From: Takakia lepidozioides
Taxonomy: Eukaryota > Plantae > Bryophyta
DNA: 64,000 bases
NCBI GenBank assembly: GCA_030704615.1
Contig: CM060732.1
Coordinates: forward strand, 47,616,001-47,680,000
Direction of reading: 5' to 3'
Under the pieces are notes generated by a model. It was not told where the DNA came from and ran no database searches. It worked only from the letters and a program-made list of their open reading frames with translations. Within the stretch, counting starts at the first letter, position 1, and each line of letters begins with the position of its first letter. The translations under genes and the position numbers were made by a program. This document shows positions 48,525-62,329 of this stretch, in pieces.

Positions 48525-51098
48525 ATGCTCACGAAGAGGGGAGCATGGGGGGCAGTGCTGCTTGGACTGCTGCTGGGCCTGCTGCAGGTGGGTGCCTATG
48601 TGACGACGGCACCGCTGCCGCTGCTGCCAGTTCCTTCCACCAGGCAGCTGGCATTCCATCGCAGAGAGCAGGCCGTATTTTTCCACTTTGGTGTCAACAC
48701 CTTCTCTGATCAGGAACAGGGCAATGGGACGGACGACCCAAGCATCTTCAATCCTGTTGGCCTGGTAGCGAACCCATGCAATTTAGTTCTTTCCCATTTC
48801 TATTGCGCTTTAGGGAGATTGATGACGGTCTACTGGAGGTAGGGGGTGCTTTGAACATGACTGTTTGCAATTTTGGAGAGGAGAGGAGAGGGCATTGCTT
48901 CTTTTTGTGGGAGTTGTCCGGGTGGAAATCTGTTTCTCGACTATCTGCTTTCCAGCTGCATGCTGCTCTTCACTGTGTGTGGAGGTGATGGTGTATAGGA
49001 TGCACGGCAGTGGGTGCGAACGGCCAAACAAGCAGGGTTCAAGCTAGTCATATTGACAGCGAAGCACGCAGACGGATTCTGCCTGTGGCCCACGGCCTAC
49101 TCCAACTACTCTGTGAAAAGCAGTCCATGGAAAAATGGCACAGGCGACGTGGTGGGAGAAGTAGCTACTGCAGCCCGAGAAGAGGGTGTCGATCTTGGGC
49201 TGTATATGTCACCATGGGATCGCCACGAGCCTCGCTACGGGGATTCACTGCTGTACAACGAGTACTATCTGGCGCAGCTTCGCGAGCTTCTCACCATGTA
49301 CTTCTGTAACCCTGCTTTCCTTATGCCCCTGCCAGCATCCTTTCTTCCTCTTTGTCTCTCACAGTGGCCAGGTGGTTCCAGCTCCCACATACTTAAATCG
49401 ACTCTACACTGTACTTGGTAGGCGTACTGTGAGATTGATCGCACCAATTGGGGCATTTATGGTGCGTGGACGTAGGGTCATAAGTGATAGTGGTTTCATG
49501 ATATTCTGTTGTGCGCTCTGTCTTGTGGTAACTATGTCAACCTGACTGCCTCCATATCAGGGGAGGTCAAGCTGCAGGGAGAAGTAGGGCCCTGTTGCTC
49601 TTTCTTCATAGAGTTGGGGCTTGTCGACAGTGCCAGTTCTAAACTAAACTTCTTGCTCGGCTGGGTACTTTTTGGAGTGCTGCTGGCTTCTATCTCAGAT
49701 CATAGTTGCCTTGTGGAAGGACTGAATTTCTTCAATACCGCTGCCCACGGTATCTACAGAAGGGTTGTTTTAGGCCTTGGCTTGCTACTAAAGAAACAAA
49801 GTAGGCTTTTACATGCTGAAGCTTTGCAAACCCATGGGGGGACTCCACACATGTATCTATCTTTGAACTTCGTTTTAGACACTTGTTTCCCCCACATGGG
49901 ACTTCATCAACCCTGCTCTTCTTTCTCCCCCCAAAACACTTCACTAGTTCAGAATGAATTTGTGCATATGATACCTCTGTATGGACCTTGTGCAGGTATG
50001 GCCCCATATCAGAGGTTTGGTTAGATGGAAATAAGGGTGCCGACGCTCCTGATATGAACTACCTGTTTGACGAATGGTTTGCAGTGATCCATCAGCTGCA
50101 ACCAAATGCCAATATCTTCTCAGATGGTGGGCCTGATATCAGATGGGTGGGGGATGAAGCTGGGGAGGCCGGAACCACAAGCTGGTCCATGATCAACAAA
50201 ACTTCTGTCGTTATTGGGGCAGCTGAAGGAATGCAGTAACGTCCTGCCTTCACTATTGTTTTGTGTCAATGGAAGCTCATTATGTGTGCTAATGAACTCT
50301 TTTGGCATGGTGGTGGATAGTCTGACATTGGTTACAGATGTCTTATTGCCATTGGCTATCGTGGGCAGGTACTTGAACGAGGGTGATGGCAACGGTGTAG
50401 ACTGGGTCCCTCCAGAGTGCGATGTGTCTATTCGTCCAGGCTGGTTCTGGCACAGCGATGAACAACCTCACAGTTTGGACTCTCTGCTTCACATCTACTA
50501 CAAATCAGTGGGTAGGAATTGTGTGCTTCTATTGAATGTTCCTCCCAACCGGACAGGCCTCCTTCATGAAACAGATGTTAAGGTGCTACAGGAATTCAGG
50601 GAAGCTATTGATCTTATTTTCTCTCAGAACCTTGCAGCTCAGGCCCATGTTTCAGCCAGTAGTACCCGTGGAGCAGAAGCTACAACAGTTGAGAATTCAC
50701 CTTTTCGCCCTGACCTCATCTTGAGCAATGACATAACTACATATTGGGCCCCAGAGGAAGGGCTAACCACCGGGCATCTGCAGTTAGATCTGGGGTCAGT
50801 GATCAAATTCAATGTGGTCATGTTGCAAGAGGCCATCACCATGGGTCAGCGTGTGAGGCGCTATCATGTGGATGTGTGGCAAGATGAATCATGGCACAAA
50901 ATCACGGAGGGCACCACCATTGGGTACAAAAAGCTGGACCACTTCAAAACCATGCAGGCCCAGTTGGTGCGCCTTGTTATTGATGAAGCACGGGCGGCAC
51001 CCTTGATTGCTTCCTTTGGCCTGTATCTGGATACCAAGACAGATCTTGTCTTTGGTCTCAGGAAGAATTGTACTAGGTCTCGAAGAGAATCGAAGTAA
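48525..51098 (+). CDS. GH29 alpha-L-fucosidase-like glycosidase; exons approx 48525-48764, 48999-49297, 49996-50235, 50369-51098
   Basis: Signal peptide, then PLPLLPVP, FFHFGVNTF, DARQWV, TAKHADGFCLWP, YMSPWDRH, nucleophile WLDG, acid/base PPECDVSIRPGWFWH, SVGRNCVLLLNVPP, and a C-terminal beta-sandwich (GTTIGYKK). Confidence 0.92.
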
Positions 51099-53637
51099 CT
51101 TTTCTGGATTTTATGGCCTTGCCAGGATTTCAACGATCTGCCCCATCACTCCCAATAACTTCCGAGTTATGATGAAAAGCACGTCACATGAAAAGATATA
51201 ATAGGAATCTTTCTGAACCACCTTTATCATCACATTACAGTTTGTACTTTCTCATAGGCCGTTCAAATCAACAGTCATTCAGGAATCCTCTCAGTATCTC
51301 CCTTGTCCCTTGTGCTTATCTCAAGGATCGAACTTCATTTTCATTGAGCTTTTCGAGCTTCTTTCTTTGTGCAGAAGTTACCACGGCATGGATGACCACT
51401 GACGCAATGATAGATACAGAGACTAAAATAACTCCATTACCAGAATTAGGGTCTTGGTATGAATGACCTGAGATATCACCCACTTATATAAAATACACAC
51501 CATTCGCGCCCGGGTCCTACATACCTGGGGTAAGAAACAGGGATACATGAGGCTCGTCAACAATATACTCAAAGGAGCGTTACCAGATAATTCTTTTGGC
51601 CATGTGTCCATCTGATTTATCCCAGGGTTGGAATAGAGCAATGCTGCAATAAAGCATAGACAAGTGCAATGCAATCCTGGACTTGGAAAAGCAAACACTG
51701 TCTAGTGTCTGCTTTTCATGTAGCACACCACTCTTCAGTCAACTGCCTGGACTGAACTAAGGAATCTCACTTTTCGAGTTCATAGATCCCTCCCTACACT
51801 ACAACTTCCTTCCTGGGTTAGTGTTGGGAGAAGAGCCATACAGATGTAGCTTGAAGCCCTCATGCTGAGATGATACAAGTCATTACCACTCCGTCACTAG
51901 TCAGCTCTGATTAGAGGATTTAGGAAGCTGGCATTCCACGGACTCTGTATGATGGGAATGGCCAAGAGAAGAGACAAACACTTGATACTGGCTGACCCAG
52001 GTATCCTATCAACCTACCAAACTGTCTGACCAACCCTGCCTCCATGGTACGTCATAGGATTTAGAACTCATTGGACTCAAAGGACTTGGCCTACATGCCG
52101 CTGCTACGAAGGAGGATTGAATTCTCCTCGTATAGATCACAACAATCATGTGCTCCCGTCAATGTGGGGATGCATTAGTAATTGGAGTGTCGACAGAACT
52201 CCCAATGGTATGAATGTTACAAGCTGATCTATGAACTTTGAATGTATAAGATTAAGACTCAGCCTCTAAGCCAGATTTCTCGAGCGGGCAGAGAAGAGTC
52301 CAGAGCAAGCATGCACACGTATTACATAAATGAAGACCCTGCAAGAAGCCTTGCTATTGATATACACCTGACAATGACTAACCTGCCATACTTAAAAGCA
52401 ACAAACTGAACAAGATAGACAATGGTGTCTACACAAAAGGGTTATCGTGTTCTTTGAGGGGTAGAGCGATGTCCACCTTGCCTAGCCCAATGTTGATTAA
52501 AAACACTTCCCACTGTCACTTGTAAGAACTACAGACCTCCCAGCACTTTTGATCACAAAGGTCATATAGCTCAACAGGCACTGATGTAAGAGACATCCAA
52601 CCTACCTGACTGCAGGACGAACATGTCTGGTGGATCCAACATCAACTCATGCAGAGCTGAGAGTCCAGCCATAACCAGTACAACCTTCTCATTCAACTGG
52701 ACACCCCATTCCAGTACTGAGATTCATAACGTGGCAGGCACCCATTGAGCACCTCAAGACTCCAGGCTTGCTTCTGAAGGACAAGGGTCCATCCAAGACC
52801 CTATTGGAAAGCCAACAATCATGTTTTGGAGTGGATGCAAAAGGACCTCCAATGCTTTCAAGATGCATAGGCGTGTAGTACTTAAAATTACAATTGCCTC
52901 TTCGTTGGGACCCATTGGAGGGAGAACTAAAAACCATGATCCAACCAACAACTCCCGAAGGACAAAAATTGGGACACATCAGCCTCTTGTGGCCTGCCCA
53001 GCAAGAGACTTTCTGTTGGGGGTAACCTTCTGGAACGTACATTCCAAACTTCAAGCTCACGAAGTCAAAAAAAACAAGGAAAAACCTACAAAGATTAGAG
53101 ATGTGAACCTGCAAATGTGTAAAAGAACAATAGAAGCAAGTTTGGAAAGACAAATATGCATTCCATACTGGAGGGCCAGCTGCTCGCAATGGAGGAGACT
53201 GCATTCAAGTAAATCATCACAGTGAAGTCGGTTGATATCAATGCTTAGTTATCTCTTAGGCAAATAAGATTTACACTTGTGTCCTACTCACTCAGAATGA
53301 GATTAGACCAGTACAACTTCTTCTTAGACTTGCACCCAAGCACAATTGTGGTTTGGTGCCAAGTATTTTCCGATCAGACAATGTTAGGCGATCATTGTAC
53401 AGCACCATCTCTCTTTGGTCTCATTGAATCCAAGAGCTTTCTGCGCGAGGGGAGCTCCATTGTCAATCCTCTTCACCTTTGTTAACTTTCTAAAATACTC
53501 GAAACACGGTGGTTGGCCCTTACAGCAGGTTGAGAATCACAGGAAATTTCAACCCGGACACAACTCAACAGTCTCTCCCTTGCCTTTCTGATAGAGAGAC
53601 CAGTCGAATGCATGACGTCCCTCCCTCGTGGTCAGCT

Positions 53638-54738
53638 TCACTCAGTAACTCCTGGTTTCCTGCACACCAGTAGGTGCATCGGACTGAAGATTCCAGTCTC
53701 ACCACCCCGAGTAAGATGCAGCGCGGTCTTGAAAAGCATTTCATGCACATCTACGATACCCTGGGGTGCGATCCCCAGAGATGAAAGCAGGGCAATCACC
53801 AAATGGTTGCGATAATAGGCCAGGCGTCCCATTTTAAGTCGCTTCCACCAGGGATGGGCAGGAGGCAATGCCAAATCTCTGTCCTGCACTACCTCGAAGC
53901 CCACATCCTTGGCGATCTCGCCAACTTCCTTGTAACTCCGAAGCCCTGGGAGAGCATCCCCATGCTCAATGCCATGAATTATATCAACATGTTCGGGATT
54001 GTCGGCCCGAAACTCTGGTGTTGTCACCCATTCATAGCTCACGTAAAGCTGTCCGGGCTTCAAAACGCGATAGATCTCTGCATACACATCGCGCAGCTCT
54101 GGGGCATGGCAGGTCGCCTCTATGGAATATGCACCATCAAAACTATTATCAGGAAACGGCATTTGCAAGAAATTTCCGCATACCACTTCACACAGGTGAT
54201 TGAGGCCTGCCCTCTTGTTGTGGCTGCGGGCCCGCTCGACTTGGTAATCATTAATGGTAATGCCCACCACATACGCACCCGAATGCCCAGCAATTGCGCG
54301 CATGGGTCCACCGACTCCGCATCCAGCATCCAGAACTTTCTCTCCTGGTTTCAACCTCAGTAGATCTGACACCCTCTCTTCATGCAGTCTGGTCGCAGCG
54401 CGATGTGATTTCCCAGGGACTTCAGGCGAGAAATGGAAGCTCTGGCCCCATCCCCACTCATAGATATCCGTCACCAGGTTGTAGAAAGTGTCCACCAGCT
54501 TGGGCACGTTATCAGGGCTCTCAATCTGCTTGGGCTTATCGAAGAAGGCAGCATACTCGCGGTAGTTGGATGCAACCTGCTCCCGTGTCAGACTTCCCCC
54601 GCTCAGCTCCACAGCCCGCTTGCCCTTCTGCTCTGCCGCACCCACAATGCACAGCACGTAGTATGCGACTACCCCCACTATACCCGCCAGGACTACAAAC
54701 CCCCAGGTCATCCAAACCTGCGCAGATCCCACCTCCAT
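53638..54738 (-). CDS. SMT2: 24-methylenesterol C-methyltransferase (sterol methyltransferase 2 type)
   Basis: Intronless 366-aa ORF with an N-terminal TM helix, AEQKGKRAVELSGGS, FYNLVTDIYEWGWGQSFHF, SAM motif LDAGCGVGGP, YSIEATCHAP and ETGIFSPMH. Confidence 0.95.
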   Translation of the reverse strand: MEVGSAQVWMTWGFVVLAGIVGVVAYYVLCIVGAAEQKGKRAVELSGGSLTREQVASNYREYAAFFDKPKQIESPDNVPKLVDTFYNLVTDIYEWGWGQSFHFSPEVPGKSHRAATRLHEERVSDLLRLKPGEKVLDAGCGVGGPMRAIAGHSGAYVVGITINDYQVERARSHNKRAGLNHLCEVVCGNFLQMPFPDNSFDGAYSIEATCHAPELRDVYAEIYRVLKPGQLYVSYEWVTTPEFRADNPEHVDIIHGIEHGDALPGLRSYKEVGEIAKDVGFEVVQDRDLALPPAHPWWKRLKMGRLAYYRNHLVIALLSSLGIAPQGIVDVHEMLFKTALHLTRGGETGIFSPMHLLVCRKPGVTE

Positions 54739-55794
54739 TGCTACACCTCCTCTCCCCCAACCCCCTCCAACCCACCTTTACAATCCCCACCCCCCAGCAC
54801 AAAAAGCTGAATCCAATCCAAACCCAGTTGTTGTCTGTTCTCTCTCACACACTCTCTGCTGCTCGTTGTCACATACGCCCACTGTCACGCCTCCTACACC
54901 CAGCTACACAGCGAGTGCATGCAACACGCACAGCTGTGGTTGAGCGAGGAGGTGGTGGGTCAGACCAGACGAAGAAGAAGAAGCACGCTGACAGAGTGTT
55001 CAACTTTTACACAGCCCTGGTGGGCCTGAGCAGCCGGGCTGCTTTGTTTCTACACCGTTGTTGGCTTGCCCGTCCTCCCCCTCTTGCTGTGTCCCTGAGC
55101 AAGTCTGAGCATCCCATGTGCAGCTAAGTTATGCCTTTAGCTTCCCTCCCACCCAAGCAACACAACCCAAATTGCAGATGGGTGACAAAGCAAAACAATG
55201 ATCTATGGAGTCTTTGTCAACTCTCTCATAACTCTATCAACACTGTTCATGACCATCCACACTGACATGCAATCAGAGACTACGTAGCCTCTTGTGCTCA
55301 CAAGTGCTAATTTCATGCATGCTCTCTAGTGCCAATAAAGCCCACTATGCCCTCCTTGGAGCACCTTCACTTGTTTAGAAACCAGAGCTTGCTCCTTTCT
55401 GTTTTTGTTGTCCAATGTTGGACCATGCGTTAAGGGGTTACTATCATTAGGACAGTCAACAAAGTGGAAATAAGGTTAGTGGGGCCGGACTCACATGTGC
55501 TATCAAAAGAGATGGAGTAAGAAAGAAAAACAATTAACAAGTTACCCACCTGCTCATCATGTACTAACACGGGTGGGGCATGACTTGTCCCAGTTGATAT
55601 GTGGATTAATTAGCGACCTGGAATTAAAAGTGGGAGCCAATGGGATGGGGTATTTGGGTGGCCGCAATGTTTCCAGAAGCATAAGTAGTGTCATGTTTGC
55701 AAGCACTTGTAGCAAGCAACAGGAAGGAAGGCAGAAACTTCACAAGAGACTGAGAAGCAAAAGTAGGGGGGAAGATAGGATATAGTAGATCGGA

Positions 55795-55891
55795 AAGGTG
55801 TCCACCTTCCCGCCAGAAGGCAGTGGTCCTGCAGGGTCAAGAGACACCGTAATTTACCCTTCCTTGGGGCGTTGTACTCCTTTTTACTTTT
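55795..55891 (+). mobile_element. 5'-truncated SINE copy (same family as 3545-3829)
   Basis: A 12-bp TSD TAGTAGATCGGA (55783-55794 and 55892-55903) and a T-rich tail. AAGGTGTCCACCTTCC...GGCAGT...GACACC matches the reverse complement of about 3577-3633. Confidence 0.7.
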
Positions 55892-56379
55892 TAGTAGATC
55901 GGATAGGTAGTACGAAGTTAGCTTGAATGATGGCTCAATTTTTATTTTTTATTTGGAGAGTGGCCCTGAAAATTTTATTAACAAAGGAGTAAGGAAAAAA
56001 TAACCTTAAAAAAGCCATGAAGGTTGCGAAACGAGACACTGCTCCGGATCAACAATTCAAGTAAGAAAGAAGGAAGACTCGAGAAGAAGAAGCCGATCTG
56101 AAGAGACCAATCGATGGGACCGATGAGAAGCTGCACTACATGCTACCTCTCTTTCTCGTGGCTGATCGAAGGACAGCTGATCCTTGGACTTGCCCTTTCT
56201 AAGGCTACGCCAGTGACGCCAATTCACCTCTGCCTCTTCTCCATCATTGGGGGAGCGCTTAGCGCTAATAGCATTTCCAGCAGGCTTTTGTTTTTCATTC
56301 TATTTTTTTGTGCTCAACCATTCGCTAATTAAATACAACATCTGAATATGTAAGGCCATTCCTTTGAGATAAAGCTTAC

Positions 56380-57420
56380 TGAGGAGCAACGACTGGGTCC
56401 TACTATCACCAAGCTTAATAAACAGCTAACCTTCTGGGGTTCTTGTTTCCTCTCTATTACCGGAAGAACGCTAGTGGCAAACCAAATCCTAATGGTAGGT
56501 ATTTGGTATTTCGCTTCTACATATTGGAGCCCTCATTTGAAACATATCCTAGAAATCAAAAGACGTATCAAGAACTTCATATGGGGGGCCTAATCTTCAG
56601 ATAGCAACAAGAGACCTCAATTTTCTTGGATTCAAATTACCATGCCTAAGAAAATGGGCGGCCTTGGAGTCTTGGATCCTGAAACCTAGATCCGAGCCCT
56701 ATTAGGTAAATGGATTCCCAGATTTTTGAGTTTGGAGGGAGGTTGGTGGAAGCTTATGGTGGCAAGCACAATAACCCTCAGCTCACCCCTTAGTGGTGCA
56801 CAATGGTCTCTGTCAGTAAGATGGATTGCTCAGGGTTTCTGCCACAAATCTCTTGGTTCCTCCCTTTGGAGTTCTATTTGGTTGGCTCGGGGGAAATGTA
56901 GGCCTTTCCTGCGCAAAAGAGAACCTGCCACGGTCCATGAGGTACTCAGGCAACACCTCTTCCTCAACTCCCCCATCCCATCCTCCTCAGAGAGGAGTCA
57001 AGCCAGTTCAGATGGGCAGGGTGGGATGTTAGAGGTTTTTCGTAGGTCTCCCATCTTTGGGTCAGCTCCCCTCAAACACTATCTTAGGCCCTAGGCTCCC
57101 ATAGGCTCTCATCTGGGATTAACACTATTCTACAAACAATCCTGGACACATAGAGAGGTATCCTCAAAATGGGTCGGAGACCTCCGGTCTCCTTACCAAT
57201 GGGTGACTAATCCAAATCAACCTTTTCAGGTCATGTTCATAACTGATGCCATGCGCTCAATGCTCACAGGGTTTGCCTTAATCCTGGCTCATCCCTTCAC
57301 TAGTACCCTCTCGCTGCACTCAAACCACATTGTCACTATACCAAGTACAAATATCCTCCCTGCCGGCATCTGCCATCGGAACTCCTAGTTTAAAGACTTT
57401 AATCCCTCCCTCCTATCCTC
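56380..57420 (+). mobile_element. Degenerate L1/Tx1-clade LINE ORF2 remnant (post-RT region)
   Basis: LTFWGSCFLSITGRTLVANQIL...IKNFIWG*...SWIQITMPKKMGGLGVLDP...ALLGKWI, with in-frame stops. Confidence 0.8.
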
Positions 57421-57455
57421 CAGTGGCTGGTGGCAGGCACCTTTGTATGGGTTAA

Positions 57456-58640
57456 TACTAGAAGAAAAACACAGAATAACCACTAGCCCTTTAACCACTA
57501 CTGTCTTTTCCCACTCTATAAACCACTAGTAACCACTTGCCAGTGGTTAATCCCGATGAAATGCCACGGTGGCATCACAGACAGTGGTTGGAAGTGGTTT
57601 CAACCACTCAGTAGTCCACGTGTAATATTTTTTTTTTTTTTTGTATTTGATAATATATTTTAATAAATAAATATAATATTCCACGTGGACGAGTGCAGTG
57701 GTACATTGTGAGTGGTTATAGACACCTCAGTGATGGGAAGTGGTTGAACCACTTGCTACTCCACGTGTAATAATTCAAATTTATTTATGATTTATGATTT
57801 GAAAATCTATTTTAATTAATATAATATAATATTCCACGTGGACGGGGACAATGCACGTTGACCTTGAGTGGTTAAAGACACCTCATTGATTTGTACCACT
57901 TTGACAGTGGTGGAGAGTGGGTGGTGAAAGATACTACAATAATTGGAACCACTATTCTAGAGGTCGCTCATGAGTGGTTGCCTACACAACAGTGATTGGT
58001 ACCACTTTAGTGGTGATACATGAAAAACTTTAAGTGGTTTGTGCACCTGTGACAAACTTTGAAAAACAAACAAGTGTCTAGACCATTGTAGGGTGATGCT
58101 ATTGAACAAATGGTTCCAACAAAAAACTTCATTCTAAATCTGAAACATATTCGTCACCCTCTGAATCACTTTCCTCAACTGGAATAGCGGTTGGTTGTAC
58201 AAATGCCGCTTAAATGCAGGTAGCCAACATAGCCAGGTCTTCAGTCTTTCATGTTAGTTCTAGAATGTTATGTGGTTAAACACACCTCAGTGATTAGTAC
58301 CACTTGGACAGTGGTACATAGTGAGTGGTTAAAGACACCGCAGTGATTGGTATCACTTGGACGGTGGTAGATTGTGAGTGGTTAAAGACACCTCAGTGAC
58401 TGGTACCACTCTTGTGGTGATACATGAAAATGTTTAAGAGGTTTGTGCACATATGGCAGACTTTAAAAAACATACAAGTGTCCAAATCATTGTAGGATGA
58501 TGCTATTGAACAGATGGTTCCAAACAATCAACTTTATTTTGAATCTGAATCACAGTATTCATTCTCTGAAACACTTTCCTCAACTGGAACAATGTTTGGT
58601 CATACAAAGCTAGCTTGAAATATGGTAGATAACATAGCCA
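57456..58640. mobile_element. CACTA/EnSpm-like terminus with dense subterminal repeats
   Basis: Begins TACTAGAAGAAAAA (CACTA-like), followed by many ACCACT/AGTGGT motifs in both orientations, about 53-bp tandem units (58270-58410) and a roughly 260-bp direct repeat (~57990-58250 vs ~58395-58640). Confidence 0.55.
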
Positions 58641-61600
58641 ACACTTCTCCACTTAAAACCATGGCACCATCTAATGACCTAGGTATGGGCTGATCTGATA
58701 AGGTAGAGGGTGCCCGTAGACCATCAAAATTTGCATTTTCTCCAATGTCCAAACTTCAACGATGAATTTTAGAATGAAAATAAATTAAGCCAGTTCCAAA
58801 AATACAAAATTTTCAAATAATTGAACTCACTACAAGGCTTGAAAATAGTTGTTTACATTTCATTCAAATTTTTATATGTCACATCTAGTAGATAAACCTG
58901 ATAATTTGTGAGCTGTAGCTCCTAGGTGTTTCCTTTTATTTTTTATTTTAAAAAAATAGATAATCTAATATACTTTGGAAAAATCTATAGACTTTTTGCA
59001 AGAGCCCAAAAATGAGGTGTAGGTGGGTAGCATTGTAAGCCCTGAAGCTACCCCCCCCAAAAACTACGTCAAAGTTTCATATGACCCAGATATGGCCAAA
59101 CATGCATTACATAATTTAAATTTGGTCATATTAATTAGTTCATTTTGGCTTGCTTTTATCGATTTCTACTACCACTTCATAACAAAAATTAACATTGTAC
59201 TCATTACAATAAAGTGAAATTCTCATACTGTACCACATATAAAAAGGACGTAGCAGGATTTGAGCCCCAAACCACTCGGGTAACAAAAAGTGTACTATCC
59301 AAACAAAATTCAAAATAATTTTCAAAATAGATTTAGGGTTGCGGAGTTGTGTGCTGAATGATGAGTTTTGGTCGTTTTTCTTTGTTTGTGTCATGGGATG
59401 ATTTGCAGGTGCAGAGCTAGGGTCCGAGATGGAAGCTTGGGAGACCACCTAATACTAGAAGAGAAACCGGCTTTTTCCACGGGTATGCCATCTCATTGGG
59501 GTGTCTCACATGTGATCCACACCCGAGGCAAGAACGGTGTGAAAACAGCCATGAGCGTGGCGGGAGTTGGCTTAGTTTACATGGCATGTTACACATATGT
59601 GTGAAATGGGACCATAGAATTTCCACATTGTGGTGTATGGGGAGTTTGAGAATGATGCCCTTGGAAAATGATCATGAGCTTCATGTTCATGTTTAGAAAT
59701 CTGCAGGATGGGCTACTAGCAAGTGAAGAATCACCCACTGCTACACCTCATTTTCAATCTCTACATTATAAAGTCTATAATGCCCTTGGTGAAATGAGCA
59801 TGGGGATCGCATTCAAAGGTGGCCCCGTTCCGTTGCAACCTATGACACAACTAGGACAAACATGCATAGGCATGATTTACACTTTTTGCCACAAATCACT
59901 TGCATCATCCTTACGTTGAACTCCTTGTTTATGTGACATGCTTGGACTTTGCATCTCACACATCAAAGAAAAAACCAGAATATTTCGAAAAAAATCCATA
60001 GAATTTTAACAAGAGACCAAAAAGGAAACCCAGGTGTAGGTGGGTAGCATGGTGAGTCTCTATACAAGGTGATTTATTTTAAATTGTAAGTGGTTTCAAC
60101 AACTTCATTAGCAACTCCACAATTATATTTTAAATTCATGTAAATTAAAATATATAATGTAGTATTAGATAGAAATAGTTGTTTTAACTACTCATTTCAT
60201 GACTATGAACCTTACCCAATAAATAAATTAACCAGGGCCTTTGTACCTTGTTATGTATATACGTTTTGCACCCTAACATATATATATAGCTAAAAATACC
60301 TTCACATAATTACATGGACCATATGATTATTTTATATAATGTTAGGGTGCAAAACGTTCAAAATTTTCAAAAGTTGGCTCGAATTTAGGGCTGCTAGGTC
60401 GCGGTGTGCAGGGCTGGGACTTAGCGTTTTTTGGGGTCCGGTCTTCCTAGTGCCAAACATTGTGATAGCAGGAACTCGAGGACAATGTGGTGAAGGCACC
60501 TTCTTCTTCGACCTGTTTCAGCCTGTTTTGCCTTCTCATTAGACTCGGCCCTGAATTTGCAGCACGGAGCAGAGTTGGCATGAGTTTTACCCTTCACGAT
60601 GGTGGGACAACAGCCATGAGTTTTCCAAGGATGCGAAGGGTTTGTTCGACGAAATGGCTGCCAAGATGTGGTGTCGTGGAATGCAATGATCGCAGTGTGG
60701 TACGAAGGCTTTGGAAACATATGAGGAAATGATGTCGGACAGGTTGAATCCTAACGCAGGCTGTGTTTCAATCTCTGCCTGCTCAACTGCACCGTGGTGG
60801 TTCTCATTGACTAATCCGACATTACCAAACTACAGACACAAGCACAACACACAAGAGGTCCTCTTGGGTTCATGGTCAGTCAAATCCTCCATGGGTCATG
60901 ACACAAGGTCGAGGACAATTTGGTAGCAAGAACATAACAACACTAGAAAGAAAAGCAACAATGACATAGAGACATCACTTTACAATGTTCACAAAGCCTT
61001 GTTAGGATTCTGAAGGTCTTGACATCAAAGTTTGGTTGTAGTATGGTCCATCTGTTCACACACTGTTCTTAGCCTAATTTATCTATGTGAATGGTCACAC
61101 AAAAGTCTACACCAACATTTACAAGTAGCCAGATGCAAGTCACCTCCATCATGCGTGGCATCGACCACTCACATTCCTCTCTTGCTACACAGTATTGACC
61201 CCAGGCAATAGCTCAAATCTCATTTTTTTTTTTTTTTTTTTGCTTTCTCGCTGTTTCTCAATGTGACTGCATTTCACTACCACCTGTTCCTCCTTCCCTT
61301 TTGCTTTCTGGTCATTAGTGTTAGCTACACTAAAGGAAAAGGGAGAGAGGGGGGGGGGGGATGTACTCATAAGACGTTAATTGCCATGGCCATAGACATG
61401 GAAACAGTAGCGGCAACAACATGGTGGGGGAGGAAAGAGGTGCTAGTTGGTAACCGAGAACTTATGACAGAGTTTGGCATTGAGATCTCAGTAGATGCCT
61501 GTGATATCTTGTAAGAAACTGAGACTCTCCCAAGAATAGGCCCTGAAGCTATTGCTATAAAACCTGAAGCAGCTGCTTTGAGGTTCGCTACACCTCTTTG

Positions 61601-62329
61601 TGTTGAACTAAGTCCATTGAAGACATTTCTATTGATTTAGAGGCAATTCTAGGGCTTGAAGTGAAGTTTAAGTTAGGTGCAGGAGAACCATATGCGATAG
61701 GTTTTTTTTGTTCTAATCATGGTCGTTACAGACTCATGAGTTTGTGCATTGTAAGGGACGGTTTTGAGATATTGTCTTAATACAATGTCACGCGCTCTTC
61801 ATCATGTTTATTTCTTTTCGTGCTTTGATGGGATGGTCTGTACGTTCTCTAGTCTCAATCACATCCGCAAGATCAGTGGCTATGTGCAAGGGGATTGTGT
61901 TGATTGCAATGTTGTAGTAGGGCCATCGTAGCATCTGTGCTGCTTTTCGGAGACAATAGGAATAGTATTGCACATGTATGAACTACAAGTTGTAGCCCCT
62001 AAGTCACTACAACCACTACGAGTGCCTGGTTCCCAACCCACAGTCGATGTATATTACTAGTGAAGTAGTGCATTTAAAACCTCCAGGTGCATCTATCACT
62101 TCAACACTCTAGTTGTCGACTTCACTTGCAAGTCGTAAAGGCAACCAACATTTATTGCGCCACGCGGTGTGGCCTTAGGCCTGCACGTGGCCACATCCAT
62201 GATAGAGAACACGTGGCGTTTTGACGCATGGCCACGCGGCTGTATTTCCAGCATCGTCGTTGTGGGGAATCGCCCCCCCCCCATCAAAAGTCCACTTGGT
62301 CGAGGTCCAAGATTCAGTCAACGCCGCGC

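Noticed and set aside
54294-55127. 277-aa plus-strand ORF and similar antisense ORFs over SMT2, VPS18 and the PPR gene
   Set aside because: They are shadow ORFs of real coding strands with no recognisable domains.
57690-58420. CRISPR-like array
   Set aside because: The units are degenerate tandem repeats without unique spacers, there are no cas genes, and the context is eukaryotic.
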